Below, piece after piece: positions 27,400 to 40,439 of a stretch of 64,000 bases of DNA. The notes beneath the pieces are model-generated. The model searched no databases and had not been told where the DNA came from. It saw nothing but the letters and a program-made list of their open reading frames with translations. Position numbers and translations under genes: made by a program. The stretch comes from Felis catus. Its lineage: Eukaryota. Location: positions 179,182,001 through 179,246,000 of the forward strand of contig NC_058368.1 of NCBI RefSeq assembly GCF_018350175.1. The letters are read 5' to 3'. Within the stretch, counting starts at the first letter, position 1, and the number at the start of each line of letters is the position of its first letter.

Positions 27400-28000
27400 G
27401 CACCAGCACTGGGGAGAGGCAGGGGGCTGCGCGCCGGGCGGGAAAGGGCACGGGCTAGGCGAAGCCCACAGGGCGGGGTGCCCTCCTTCCTCTCCCTCTG
27501 CCTCCTCTTCCTCACCCAGCTGGCCCCGCAGCAGGCTGAGGAAGCCACTGTGCCCTCAGACCTTGGGTCAGCGCTCCCGGCCCGCGCCCATGCCGCCGCC
27601 TCCCGCAGCATCTTTCTGCGTGCGGTTGTCTGGCCAACTGCCCTTAGCCCAGCTGGGGACCCCGTGCCCGCACCTACCCACGCCGTGCCGCTCCTTGTCA
27701 GTTTTGCGCCAGGGGGCCATGGCTGGGCCAGGGGGGCTGCGGGCGCCTCGCGTCGTTCTGTGGGGAAGCAGCCAGGCTAGGCGCTCAGCCGGGCCCCACT
27801 TCCTTCCTCTTTTCAAACTCCCTCTCAGGTCCCGCCCTCCTCTCCCCGGGGCGCCCACTCCTCCTCCCTCCCATTGGGCTGGGGCGCGTTAGGAGGCCAG
27901 GAGGTCAGCTCCAACCTGCTCTTCGCTAGGCAAGTGGGCAGAAGCCAAGCAGGTACTTGGGGCCCCCCAGGCCACCACCACAAGGGCAGGAAGTTCCCAG
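27400..28000 (-). promoter_or_regulatory. DOCK2: DOCK2 CpG-island promoter / 5' UTR
   Basis: The only extended GC/CpG-rich non-repeat region, surrounding the ATG. Minus strand GAAAAGAGGAAGGAAGTG (PU.1/ETS-like, 27797-27814), GC box GGGCGG (~27832-27837), CCAAT (27873-27877). No TATA box seen. Confidence 0.85.
27678..27720 (-). CDS. DOCK2: DOCK2 (dedicator of cytokinesis 2) coding exon 1, MAPWRKTDKERHGV plus 1 nt
   Basis: Minus strand CCAGCC-ATG-GCC CCC TGG CGC AAA ACT GAC AAG GAG CGG CAC GGC GTG G|GTAGGT. Strong Kozak context, 43 coding nt, canonical donor at 27677. The peptide matches the known DOCK2 N-terminus and lies in a CpG-rich region. Confidence 0.97.
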
Positions 28001-28451
28001 ACAACTGAGCCTAGTGATTGAACCGAACTCCCTCCCCTGGCTCCGGAGCAGGAGCTTTGGTATGTGATGTGAATTCAAATCCACACTCTTTTGCTTATCA
28101 GCACAAGATGGGATATGCCTACTTTATAGGATTGTTGTGTGGATTAGAGGAGATAATGTACACAGCAGATGACACATTATGGTAAATATATACCTACAGA
28201 GGAGGTCGTTTGTGGTTTTTATCCTGTTGGTGCCACGGACTCATATGAAAATCTGATAAAAGCCCAGAATACTCTCCTGTGAAAGTACACAAGCTTGGGA
28301 TTTACCAACAATGCCAGAAGGTAAGGGTGCTCTGAAAGCCAGCAACAGGGCCCCCAGGAAAAGAGTCCTAGAGGTAAGCTAATAAAGACATTTCTTGGAA
28401 AAATCTCATTTTTGCTCTGGGAACAGATTCTATCAAGAAACAAAGAAATAA

Positions 28452-28668
28452 GGGAGCCTGGATGCCTCAGTCCGTTAGGCCTCTGACTTCAGCTCAGGTC
28501 ATGATCTTGTGGGTCCCTGAGTTCAAGCCCCGCAATGGTCTCTGTGCTGACAGCCTGGAGCCTGCTTCAGATTCTGTGCCTCCATCGCTCTCTGCCCCTC
28601 CCCCACTTGCACTCTGTGTTTCTCTCAAAAATAAACATTTTTAAAAAGTTTTTTTTATTAAAAAAAAA
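28452..28668 (+). mobile_element. Can-SINE
   Basis: gggagcctggatgcctcagtccgttagg head, CT tract, caaaaataaacatt tail. Confidence 0.85.
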
Positions 28669-28845
28669 GTCGCTTTGACCCACAGTAATAAGACTGAATT
28701 AAAGTCTTCCCAAATTTACTTTATTCATAACTCTCACTACTCTTTCTGCCTTAAAAAGTCAATTAGATTAGGCAATAATATCACAGCTGACAGGCAGCTA
28801 TGGCAAAATATTAATTTCATTTTATATAAAATTATTTCCTTTTTC

Positions 28846-29055
28846 AGGCACCTGGGTGGCTCAGCCGGTCAAGCATCTGACTGCAGCTCAGATCATATTC
28901 TCACCGCTTATGAGTTCGAGCCCCACATTAGGCTCTGTGCTGACGGCTCAGATCCTGGAGCCTGCTTCGAGTTCTGTGTGTGTGTCTCTCTCTGCCCCTC
29001 CCCTGCTTGTGCTCTCTCTCTCAAAAATAAATAAACGTTAAAAATAAAATAAAAT
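28846..29055 (+). mobile_element. Can-SINE
   Basis: ggcacctgggtggctcagccggtcaag head, CT tract, A-rich tail. Confidence 0.88.
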
Positions 29056-29119
29056 AATTTCCCTTTTGGTTTTCTAGCAGCACAGTTTAGGTGGTATGTT
29101 TTGTAGTGAGCAGTTGAAT

Positions 29120-29531
29120 CAGTCAGGATTCCACCAGAGAAACAGAACCAGTAGGATAAGTATATAAATATAAAGAAATGTAATGTAATGTGAATATAAA
29201 GAAATTGGCTTATGTGAATGTGGGGCTGGTTTGGCACATCTCAAATCCATAGGGCAGGCCATCAGGAAGTGCAGGCTAAAAAATTTCAGGCAGGAGCTGC
29301 TGTCCACAGATGCAATTTCTTCCTTTTCAAGGAAAGCTCATTTAAGGCCTCTCAACTGATTGGACCAGGCCTTCTCAGACTATTGAGGATAGTCTCCTTC
29401 ACTTAAAGTCAACTGATTGTAGATGTTAATTACATCTACAAAAGGCTTCCACAGCAACACCTAGATTGGTGCTTGATTGAATAATAAGGTCTGTAGTCTC
29501 ACCAAGTTAACTCATAAAACTAATCATCTCA
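29120..29531 (-). mobile_element. MLT2-type ERVL LTR
   Basis: ccagagaaacagaaccagtaggata...cttaaagtcaactgattgtagatgttaattacatctacaaaa...caagttaactcataaaactaatcatctca. Confidence 0.8.
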
Positions 29532-29915
29532 GCAGTATTACAAATCAGACTGTACATCAGAGGTTGGTGGACTTTTTCTGTAAAAGGATCAGATAGTAAA
29601 TATTTCAGTCTTTGCAGGCCAATAGGCAAAATCGAGGATATTATGTAAGTACTTATATAACAAGAGGGAAAACAAATTTCCACATTTTTTATTGATAAAA
29701 TTCTAAATTTGATATTAATAATTGAGTATATTCTTTTGTGAGTAGGTCTAATAATGAGAAAAATAAATTATGGGGGAAGATCACATTTTACTTCATTGGA
29801 GTTAAAAATTAGCATTCCCTTTAATCAAAACAGATTGCAAATATTCATGTTAATGCTGATCTGTAATAAAATTTTACAGGTTTCATCTTTGAAAATGTCT
29901 TTTCCCACAGGTGGT

Positions 29916-30420
29916 ATGTAGTGAAGCATTAATCTTACCCAGTAAGAGGTCTGATATTTGTCCTCAGCTACTAGGAAGTGATCTTAGGCCCTTGGAATGT
30001 CATGGTTTGCTTGGGAAACTTCGATCACACTGAACAGTCTAAAAATGTGATTTAGGGAAGGGGCTGACCATGTCAAAAAGACAAAATGTGATATGGCCAC
30101 ATGGTATCAGTTGACCTGGAGGTTGATCAACTATTGTGGGCAATCAGTCAATCATGCCTATGTGATAGAGCCCTAATTCTACTCTATGTACTTCTTCCCT
30201 AGACTATGAAATCTGTATCCTTTCCCAGTAACAAATGGTAAGTGAGCATAATAGCTTTTGGTAAGTTTTGTGAGTCCTTCTAATGAATTATTGACCCCGA
30301 AGGCGGTTTGGGAAATACCCCAAACTTGGAACTGGTGTTGAAAGTGAGGGTAATCTTGTGTGGAGTGAGTGCCCTCTAAACTTTGTAGTTGGCTTCATCT
30401 CACAGTTGGTTAAAACTCTC
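29916..30420 (+). mobile_element. MER21-like LTR inserted in the hAT element
   Basis: tgtagtgaagcattaatcttacccagtaagaggtctg...aggcccttggaatgtc...tgtgagtccttctaatgaattattg resembles the recalled MER21C consensus and interrupts transposase-derived sequence. Confidence 0.6.
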
Positions 30421-30873
30421 AAAGGAAGGTACTGACAAATACTGATTATCAATCCATGAGCATAAGATTTTATTAAACATTTTCACTGCTTGGAAGGCAT
30501 CTATAGAATTTTATTAAATTTTCCTTTTAGCATGTCATTATATTGCAGATTAATCACTTCCAGTTGAAGGTTATATGGAAGCTCCTCAATTGCTCAGATA
30601 AATGGATTTTGAAATTTAAAAGTTTCTTTTGTACTTGTATTGAGGTCTGAAAACCATTGTTAGAACTATAGTTTGAGCTGGGAAAATATGTTCACTGAAA
30701 ATTTGTGTAGTAATGGAAATCTCACTTTTTGTTTTAAGTTTTGACAGCATAGGAAGTTTTTAAAGCAGCTTGACATTACTTGTGATTTCATCAAAATGAC
30801 TTTACTACTCTGTATATAATCGTTGTTTTGTTTTAAATTTTGGTTGAATCCATTAAGAATCATTATGACATCA

Positions 30874-31091
30874 GGGGCACCTGGGTGGCTCAGTTGGTTG
30901 AATCCGACTTTGGCTAAGGTCATGATCTAGTGGTTTGTGAGTTCGAGCCCCATATCGGGCTCTGTGCTGACAGCTTGGAGCCTGGAGCCTGCTTCAGATT
31001 CTGTGTCTCCCTCTCTCTCTGCTCCTCCCCTGCTCATGCTCTGTTTCTCTCTGTCTCAAAAATAAATAAGCATTAAAAAAATGTTTTTAAA
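30874..31091 (+). mobile_element. Can-SINE inside the hAT element
   Basis: TSD aagaatcattatg(a/g)catc at 30855-30872 and 31092-31109. Confidence 0.92.
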
Positions 31092-32188
31092 AAGAATCAT
31101 TATGGCATCTGAAGAAACGGCTAATTTCCAAAGCCATCCAGTGTTCAATAGTAGTGATTGAAGGCTGTTCTCTTTAAGAAAAATGTCAATCTCGATCCTG
31201 AGCTCAAAGTCACAGGGGACTTATAACTGTTAAGCGATCAGCAGTATGAGTTGGTAAGGCAGGTCAGGATATTCAGCTTCTGTTTTTGACAAAAGTTCAC
31301 AAAACAGATAATGGTTAAGTCCAGAAAAGCTAATGAAATTCACCTTTGACACAATTGGTTCAATAACACATGATAGATTCAAATACTTTCTACCTTCTGA
31401 TGACTATTGTAATAAATTAGCATAGGCTATGTAAATTGTAAATTCATCCAAAAAGCCATTCTGTGCTCCACACATATTTTCACCTCCAAGAGTTGTAACA
31501 CATCTTAGCAGATTCCACTTCAGTTTGTACTGAATTAGTGTTTCCTCATTTTCTTTGAAAATATTTTTGCCTACAGTTTTTCTACATGGACTATTCATAG
31601 AAGCTAATTCATCATTCACTTCAAACTCAGCATGAACTCATCAAGTAACACCTGAGCTGTATTGGCAGCAGCTTTTAACTTATCAAGAGCTGAAGAAAAT
31701 CACTAGAAATCATTTGCCTTGTTTTTAAATTGATTATTGATGTTGCTCCCAATGTCCTCAGCTTTTCAGGCAACCACTATTATCAGAAGGCTAATGATCT
31801 TAAACTACTTCATTTTCAAAGACACATGTAAGATGTGTCTTTACTGGTGTGATAATAAATGAACCACTTAGAAATGCACATCAGTTGTTCATTTTCATGT
31901 TTTGTTTTCATGAAGAAATTATGGTATGATGACATTCTGTTTTAAATTTTCCAATTTTTCTGGCCATTGCTTTCTTGTGGTTGAGTGTTGTGATGAATAC
32001 TTACTCTGTTATAACTGTATTCTTTTAGCACAGTTGTGTCACTGCATAGTAAACACACTGCTTTCCTGTCTAATTCAATAACAAAATAACTCACACTCCA
32101 CCGTGTCTTAACACCATGACATTTGGATCCCACTACTCTTCCCTTCTCTTCCTTCTCCTTCTGAAATGATGGCTATTGTACTGGTCAT

Positions 32189-32256
32189 TAAAATAAAATA
32201 AAAATAAAAATAAAATAAAATAAAATAAAATAAAATAAAATAAAATAAAATAAAAT
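32189..32256. repeat. (TAAAA)n pentanucleotide repeat
   Basis: About 13 units read directly. Confidence 0.95.
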
Positions 32257-32845
32257 ATTGCTCGAAATACACATGGCACTTGAAACACTGTGGAGTTATA
32301 ACCACATACCTGAGATTTGTAGGTTGCTGAACACTACTGCAAAGTAATGAGAGCACCATAAATCTTTGTCACAAGTTCTCACCTTTGCCATCATAACATG
32401 AAAGCTCCTATTGATGTTATGTAAATGAATGGACAAGACTGTGTTCCAATAAAACTTTATTCATTTATGGACAATGAAATTTGCATTTCATATAATTTTC
32501 ACATCATGAAATATTCTTCTTCTTATTTCTTTGCAACTATTTAAAAATATAAAAACTATTCTTAGTTCATGCTCCATATAAAAACAGCTGGTGAGCCAGA
32601 ATTTCGCCAATGAACCATAGTTAGTCACCTCTTGCCATACACAATTCTATCATCTTCATAAACCCATATCCAGGTGTTTTAAAAGACACCTATTTTTTCA
32701 CCTTAGGTTTCTGATATATACACAGACAAGTCCACATCAGCAGTATGATAAAGTACTTGGTAGGGGGATAAGAGTAGGTGCTAATGTCAGAAGGTAAATA
32801 AGGTTGAGAACTGAGGAGGACTACAGCTTGTGACACAACCTAAAG

Positions 32846-33072
<227 letters not shown>

Positions 33073-35413
33073 ATAATGTTAACATATTGAAAGAGTTGAA
33101 AAATTGCTTGTAGTCCAGAGAGATGACATTTGGGAAGTTATCTTTTTTTTTGGGAAGTTATCTTGACCAAAGATTAATTAACTTCTTAAAGGAGTGTTTT
33201 TTTAATACAGAAATCTTTAAACATCATACTGATTAGGATATGGCTTTTGTATTTCTGAAATATAGGCTTTTTATTATAGTTACTGATTATATGGCATCAT
33301 GAAAAATTTTGGCAAGTGAGACTGATGGTCAAATGTAAAAATCTGACTAAAACCACTTAAAGAATTTACAATTATCTTGATCACATAATTTTATTAAACA
33401 TGCTCTGGCTATTTATCAAAGCCACAAACCTGGTTATTAGGTGGTGCACTATTCATGACTATAATTTCACAGACTGAGATATGAACAAGGACTTCTCTGG
33501 CCAAGACCCTCCTGAGGTCCAGATCCATGTGTCCAACTTCTTCCTGGACTTCCTCTCCTCACCCCACTTTTACATCTCCTTTTCCAAAACCAAGCTCATC
33601 ATCATAGCCACATCCCGGACCTGTCCCTCTTCTGATGGTTTCTACCCTACGTAACAGGTAAAGTGACCAGACACTACTCCAACTGATATGCTAGAATCCC
33701 AACTCTATCACTCACCTAACTCTGTAGTTTGAAGCAAATTACTTAACTTTTCTGAGTACTTACTGCATGCCAGTCCCATATTTAACATTCTACATGCATT
33801 ATTCCATTTAGTCCGCAAAGTAATCCTATGAAGTAGGTACCATTATTATCTCATTTTGCTAATAAGTATTCAGAGACCAGAGGGATGAGACCCCTTTTAT
33901 AGCCACCAACCACTATGACTCCCTATGAGCAGTATCATTACTTTCTCTTTCGCTCAGGTCAGAAACTTGACTCATCTTTATCTCCCTTTTACTCCATATG
34001 ATCATATCAAAAACAGCTCTTGGATCTGCCCTCTCCTCCACACTGCTACCTTGTCAAGATTCTCATTTGAAACTTGGACTCAAGCTCCCTGCCTCAAGTC
34101 TTGCCTCCTTCCAATCTCTTCATCACGTTACTTCCAGGACACTTTGCCCAAGCAATTGTGGTCTCCTCAAAGTGTTGAACCACACTAGAAAAGATAAACA
34201 AAGCAGACTTGTGGTAATGTGGGAAATTTTACTACCTTTGTAAAATCAAGACATTGCACAGAATAGTGCCATGCAAAGCTTCGAGTGAAGGTCAAAGAAA
34301 TCCATCTGGAACTATGTTTAGGCAAATTGTAGAAATGTCTTTCCACAAGGCACAGCAGAAGGGGAAGTTTTTAATGTCTATTTTTCTCAGAATCATAGAT
34401 TTAGGTCTCTATTTTGCTACATTTCACTAGTATGGCTCTAATGACTATTAAATATTGAAATATTCCCATGTTAAGTTGCTAAAAAGCCACTGTTCCAAGC
34501 CCCTGAAGTGGCCTCCTTCTATTCCTTTCCTTGGGAAGTCCTCAGTGGGTACCAGTGGGGTCGCTGGTGCCTGCCAGCTTGTCCCCTATAGATCACAGGG
34601 GTGGGGCCTCTTCCCTGTGTGTCTCCCTAGTTCTCAGCCAGAGTGCATCTGGGTAGGGAGGTACCCAGGGTAGGGAGGTAGCACTGGAATGTCAATTGGT
34701 AAATGCTGGGAGTCTTCTGGCCCATCCACTGGTGTCTTTCATGTGGCTGCCTTTGGGAACATCAGCCTCCAGGGTATTATTCAGTATTTTTACCATCATC
34801 TCTTCTTGTGTTACTCATGGCAAATAGCTTCTATGAGCATGTTCTGATCAGTTCAAACAATCTGGAGTGAAAACTTACACTACCCAACTTTCATTTACCA
34901 GAGTAAATCCTAGGTCCCTATCAGGACCAGAAAGAAAGACTCTAGGTAAGAAGGATAAGCATACTCAAAAGTAATTAGCTACACTAAAGGAAGCAGCAAT
35001 TGCAAACATGAAGATTTTATGTGATAAGGAGGCACTCAAATAACTCTGCCATAAGGCAACAGTGAAGTCTCTAGAAGTGAATGTGGGAGTGGGGGTTGGA
35101 GACGAGGGAGGATCAGAAGCTTTCCTGCTTAACAGGATCCAGTTTATTCCATTAAATGTAAATAGCCTCAAACCTTACTGCTAATTAACACTCCACAGGC
35201 TGCCTGGGAATCTGTCCAAACTGCAAAGCTAAGATGTCAAAGCCCTAGTTAATATCCCTCAGTGCATCCTCCATACCCTTTAGGACACTAGTGAAACTCC
35301 TAAGTAGAACATCATCCAGGCCCCTCATGATCAGATTCTAGCTCTCCTTACAGCTTCATTTCCTGCCTCCTCTGCACTGCCCGTTCCTCCACCACCACCT
35401 CTCCCTCCCTGTA

Positions 35414-35456
<43 letters not shown>

Positions 35457-36709
35457 CACTCTCCACCACATGACACCATAGAACAGAGGTAGTGTCTTAC
35501 CACATGTAGTATTTGAAGTGTCCCCACAGTGCCACAAGTTCTCACATCTCTGTATGCTCTTGTCTTTCCCCCAACAATAACACCCCTTCGTCTCTAGGCT
35601 AACCTGTTCTGAGAAGACTTCCTCAGTAACACCCTCCCCACCTCCCAGCTCCTCCTCCAGCCACAGCCAGACAACCCTCCTGGGCACCCACAGCAGCCCA
35701 TGCTCACTGCTATCCTTACTCCTTAGCTGCCTATTCTGTCCAGAAGCTCTGTTCATGTCTGACTGGCACCGACTGGTTGCTCATCTAGAGACAACTACTT
35801 TCAAGAGTTCCAGTGCCAACAGCCCAAATGCCAAATCTGGAGGGTGGCCTATTTGTTGAATAAGCTCATTTGATTCTCAGTGTTTAATGAAAATTAAATA
35901 TTACCAAGAACTAACAATCAAGGGATTTCACCTAAACTTCTAGATTTCGAGTTTTTCTCGAAATAAATATGAAAATCTAGCAACTTGGGTTTGCACTTCC
36001 ACAAAGCCAAAATCAGCCAGAGCAAAGTCCCCAGAGCACATTGTCTTACCAACCGTGGTTCTCAGCCCTCCCTTTTCCCCATCCAGTACCGAGGCCAGGT
36101 CTCCACCACCATTTGTCATTAGATTTACATTATTGATTTTCTTAATAAAGACAAAAATGATAAACTATTTGAGCTCATATTCTATCAGAAGTGGGAAAAC
36201 AAGAGAGACTGAGAGGATAGGTTTCAGGAAACATGGGAGAAGGGGTATAGGTTTTGAGATGTGAAGAACAGTTCTAGATGGAGGTCTATGTCCAAAGAGT
36301 TCTTAAGTTGCCATAACCCAGTTTACTTCACTCACTTAAGGTGCCTGCTTAGTCCCTATAGACATTTGAGTTGTGACTCTTGGTAGGTGTGCTGGAAATG
36401 AGGTGATAGCAAACCAATACAATCAGCTTCTCTCATTTCGAAAGTATAAATGTAGGTGTTCCTAAGGAAAGCAAATCGCTAGAGCCAAGAGTATCTCTTG
36501 AACAGTGTAAATCTTGCAGAAATCAAAACCACATCAGGTATATGGCTTAACAGGAGACAAGAGATTCCTCATAAACTCTTGTGTTCTGGCAATAAGCCTC
36601 CAACAATTTGGGTGTGACTCATCCCCAAGAAGTCCAGTGCACACTTGCACACCATGTTGTAATTGTTGACCTACTTGCCCTCCACCCATCCCTAGAGGTT
36701 GAGAGTTCC

Positions 36710-39260
36710 TTTACTCCACAAAAATCTATTGACAGTCCCTTATGTGAAGTACTATGATAGGCACTGAGGATACACCTTGGTGAACAACACAGACAAAATT
36801 CCTGCTCTCACAGATCTCATAGCCTAGCAGGGAAGGCAGAAAACCAACAAGTACACCATAAGGTTTAATAAAGAAAATAAAACATAGAAATGATACAAAA
36901 AATATCTTGCAGGTCTGGAAAAGCAAAGAGTCAGGGAAGAACTCCATGAGGAAGTAATATTTAAGAAGTGATATTTGGGAAAAGAATATTCTTGGGAGAA
37001 TTAACTGCAAATATAAAAGTCCTAAAGGGAGAACAAACTTGGAGCATTCAAAAAACCAAAAACAAAAAAAAAAAAAGGGGGGGGGGGCAGTGTTAAGGGA
37101 ATGCAGTGACTGTGTGGTAGGAAATGAGTTTGGAAATTAGGTAGGAACCAGATCATGGAGGGCCTTGAAGGCCATGGTAAAAAGTTTGAAGTTTAATCTA
37201 ACACTGGGAAGGGAGAAAGAGACAAGCAAGCAGCCCTGTACCATCAGGAGCTGGCCTGGCACTCAGTCTATGGTGTTGTTCCCACTGAAGATCAACAATT
37301 TCTCAAAAAATTAACATCAGATGATCTATGGCCATGATGGATAAAAAAACAAACAAAACTACTCTGTAATCATGACTAAACACAGAAAATATATGAACAT
37401 TGTATAAACCAGAAAATGACCAAACATGTCCCTATCATGGCTAATATGAGTGGCTAATGCTTTATTTTCTTTTAATCAATTTCAGCTTTAGCCTTATTCT
37501 AATCTTAATCCTTCTAGGTGAGATTTATTAATACATCTAATAATAGAATTAACCCTGCTTCCTTCAACACTACCCAAAATCACCAACACAAGCCCAAATC
37601 CTATAATAGAGTCCCTTGTAACACCTATGGCTCCCTACAGCATACAGTTACAAGCACTTTAGGTGTGTTGCTGGTGGTATTTTGATAGACAGCATTGCCA
37701 AATGTCACTAGAGGATTTTAAGTAGGAGGTGATATAACTTTTTAAAATCATTTTCATTGTGAAAAATAACAACAAGCCCTCTAGGTAAAGAGTAGAACAA
37801 GATGAGTGTGAGGCTGTTTAAGCAGTCAGGGAAAAATGATGGTAGGTTGGACAAAAGTGGTGCAACAAAACAGCCAAATTCAAGATATATTTCAGAGATG
37901 CTGTCAGTAGAACTTGCCTGTGGAGTGGGTGGATATATAAAGTAGGAAACCAAAGTCAGAGATCCAAAATAAAATTATCTCAAATAAGATAAAAGCCTAT
38001 CTTTTTTTCATATAAAGTCCTGGTTATGGCATTGCAGCTCTGTGAAATCATCAGGGGTACAGTCTCCTTCTTTCTTGCTCTTCCACTATCCTTAAGGTTT
38101 ACAAACACTAAGTGCAGGATCCAAGATGGCTCATTACTACATTCCCATTCCAGCCAACAGGAAGGGAGACAGGGATAGAAGAGGGCATGGCTGAGAAGTA
38201 ATCACTCTTCACTTTTGCTCATATTCCTCTGGCCAGGATTTGGTCCTGTGGCCACACCTACTTCAAAGAAGTTTGGGAAATATACACTTTACCTGGGTGG
38301 CCATATGTTCAACCAAATGGTCTGTTTCTATGAGAGAAAACAGTTATTGAAGAAAGACAAATCCTGGTTGGATTTAGTTAAGGAGGGAATATAACATAAA
38401 AGGATAGAAGCAGTGAATATAATCAACTCTTTTGAAGAGTTTTATTAGAATGGAGAACAGATAAATGGGGTAGCAGCTGGCTGGAGACCATAAAATCAAG
38501 AAGTTTAGAGAGGTGTGGTGACAGTGAATATGAATCTTTCAAATCTCCTGTGAAGAACATAATTGCCTATGGTCCAAGGTGCTGTTATGAAATCCTTTCC
38601 TCCTCATTCATACCAAGACTATATGTCCCATGGCCTACTCAAGGCAGTAACTAGGGATGGCAGAGAGATAAAGGTATGTATGTTCCTGCATGACACAGGA
38701 CTTCTCTGACCAGCAACTTTGGCCTGAGGACTCAACCTTGGCATTGCTAAAACTTTCTTAGAATTGCAATGCAACCTAAGACCTTCATCTGTCCCTCCTT
38801 CCCTCCCTCCCTCCCTCCCTCCCTTCCTTCCTTTCGTCCCTCCCTCCCTCCTTTCCCTCTCCTTCACAGAGCTCAAATCTGCATCATGATCTGATCGGCT
38901 CTCCCAATCTTCTTACCATTTTCCCTCACTAGTGTCTGAGAGAAATGTCTCAATACATTGTTTACACATCTATTTCTGTCTTGGAATCTGCTTCTTGGAA
39001 GACCTGAACTGATGCAAGACTTGATTTCAGAGCATGTTTGTAGCCTGATGAGAATGATCCAGGCATGAGGGGAAAAAGGGAACATGGTTAAGAGAGAGGG
39101 AATCATTACAGGTGACCAGTCCTTGAGTATATGAGATGGGATGGGATGCATGTCTTTAGATGGGGGTATCCAGAGTCACTCATTCTAAAAGGAAGGAAGG
39201 CAGAAGACATGGTGAACATCCAGACTTATAAGTAAAGGTGATAGAAGGAAACAACAGTTG
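36710..39260 (-). mobile_element. Fragmented L2 interrupted by LTR remnants (MER54-like ~37205-37690; MLT-like ~37950-38340; LTR16-like ~38513-39016)
   Basis: L2-like segments (accagatcatggagggccttgaaggccatggtaaaaagtttg) resume after LTR-like blocks (ggagctggcctggcactc; ggaatctgcttcttggaagacctgaac). Subfamily names are tentative. Confidence 0.55.
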
Positions 39261-39701
39261 TTCTTTTCAGAGAGGTAGTTGTTTCAGCATACAATAAGAG
39301 GTGGGTGAAAGTTGGACTCTAGAGCCAGCCTAACTAGGTTCAAAGGAAAACTCATTCCAGTACCAGCTGTGTTACTTAGTCCCTCAGTTTCCTCATCTTT
39401 AAAATAGAGATGTTTTGCAGCATCAACTTCAGAGAGTTGAGAGGACTAAATGAGTTAATACTTGCAAGCATGTGGAACATTCATATTTAGCATATAAACA
39501 TGCAACAAATGTTAACTATTTTCTCAGTAAAGTATGAAGTCATCAGCTGAAATTAAGGAAGGAAAGAAGGTACAGAAAGAGAAGTGAAAGTCATCTTGGA
39601 GAATCAGAAAATGAGTGCCCGCTGGTCAAAAGGTTGAAGTGAGAGAGTCAAGATGATTGGATTTCTTCTGCCACATTCATCTATTTAGGCACAGATAAGC
39701 T

Positions 39702-39870
39702 TGTGATTCTCTACTCTGGCTGCTATTAGAATCACCTGGAGAGCTTTTAAAACTTACTAATGTCTCAGGTCCTCCTCTATCCCCCAGATTCTGATTAAAC
39801 TGGTCTGAGATGAGAGTTCAATAGACTTTCAAAAATTCTAACGTGTCACCAGAGCAGAGAAGCACTGGAG
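39702..39870. mobile_element. MER5-like hAT MITE (similar copy ~26760-26912)
   Basis: ttagaatcacctggagagcttttaaaa...cccccagattctgattaaactggtctg...agaagcactg. Confidence 0.7.
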
Positions 39871-40241
39871 TAAGGGGAAGAGCTCACTCAGTTATACTAA
39901 GTTGGGTTTGACTGAAGTTTGGAGGTCTTTCCAGGGGAATTCAGAGGAGAGATCAAGGGAGGGGTTAATTATGGATAATAGAATATAAGTTAGCTAAGGA
40001 AAAAAATGAAGACTTTCATGATGGACAGTAGAATAATGGTAGAGTGAAGGGTTTGGTGTTTCCACTGGAGTAGAATTGTTGACATGGGAAGGACCTTGAG
40101 AGCAGAAATATCTCACGATCATATATATCTTTATCCCAAGTGCCAAATACATAGTAAGCCCTCAGATGTTTTATATAAACAACACAAAAATTTAACACAA
40201 CACAATTTAAATAATTGAAGTATACCATGAGAATTATTCTT

Positions 40242-40439
40242 TTATTTTTTAAGTTCATTTATTTTTGAGAGAGAGTGAGAGAGAGCGAGCAAGCAAGCAT
40301 GAGCAAGGGAGGGAGACAGAGAGTCCCTCTGACAGGGCAGAGCCCAATGCAGGGCTCAATCTCGCGAACCGTGAGATAGTGACATGAGCTGAAATCGAGA
40401 GTCCAATGCTTAACCAACTGAGCCACACAGGTACACCCC
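40242..40439 (-). mobile_element. Can-SINE
   Basis: TSD agaattattctt at 40230-40241 and 40441-40452. Confidence 0.9.

Larger units (their letters stand above)
29558..32634 (-). mobile_element. Near full-length Cheshire/MER58-family hAT-Charlie DNA transposon with degenerate transposase
   Basis: MER58-like ends with imperfect terminal inverted repeats. Minus-strand transposase remnants WSVSYFVIELDRKAVCLLCSDTTVLKEY and IFKENEETLIQYKLKWNLLRCVTTLGGENMCG. Confidence 0.8.

Noticed and set aside
27189..27892. Long ORFs of 96-164 aa on both strands at the DOCK2 promoter
   Set aside because: They reflect stop-codon depletion in GC-rich DNA. Only the 43-nt DOCK2 exon 1 segment has homology and splice support.
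31404..32133. Domesticated transposase gene (GTF2IRD2/ZBED-like)
   Set aside because: Only short broken frames remain, the catalytic-region motif is altered, and the element is interrupted by a SINE and an LTR.
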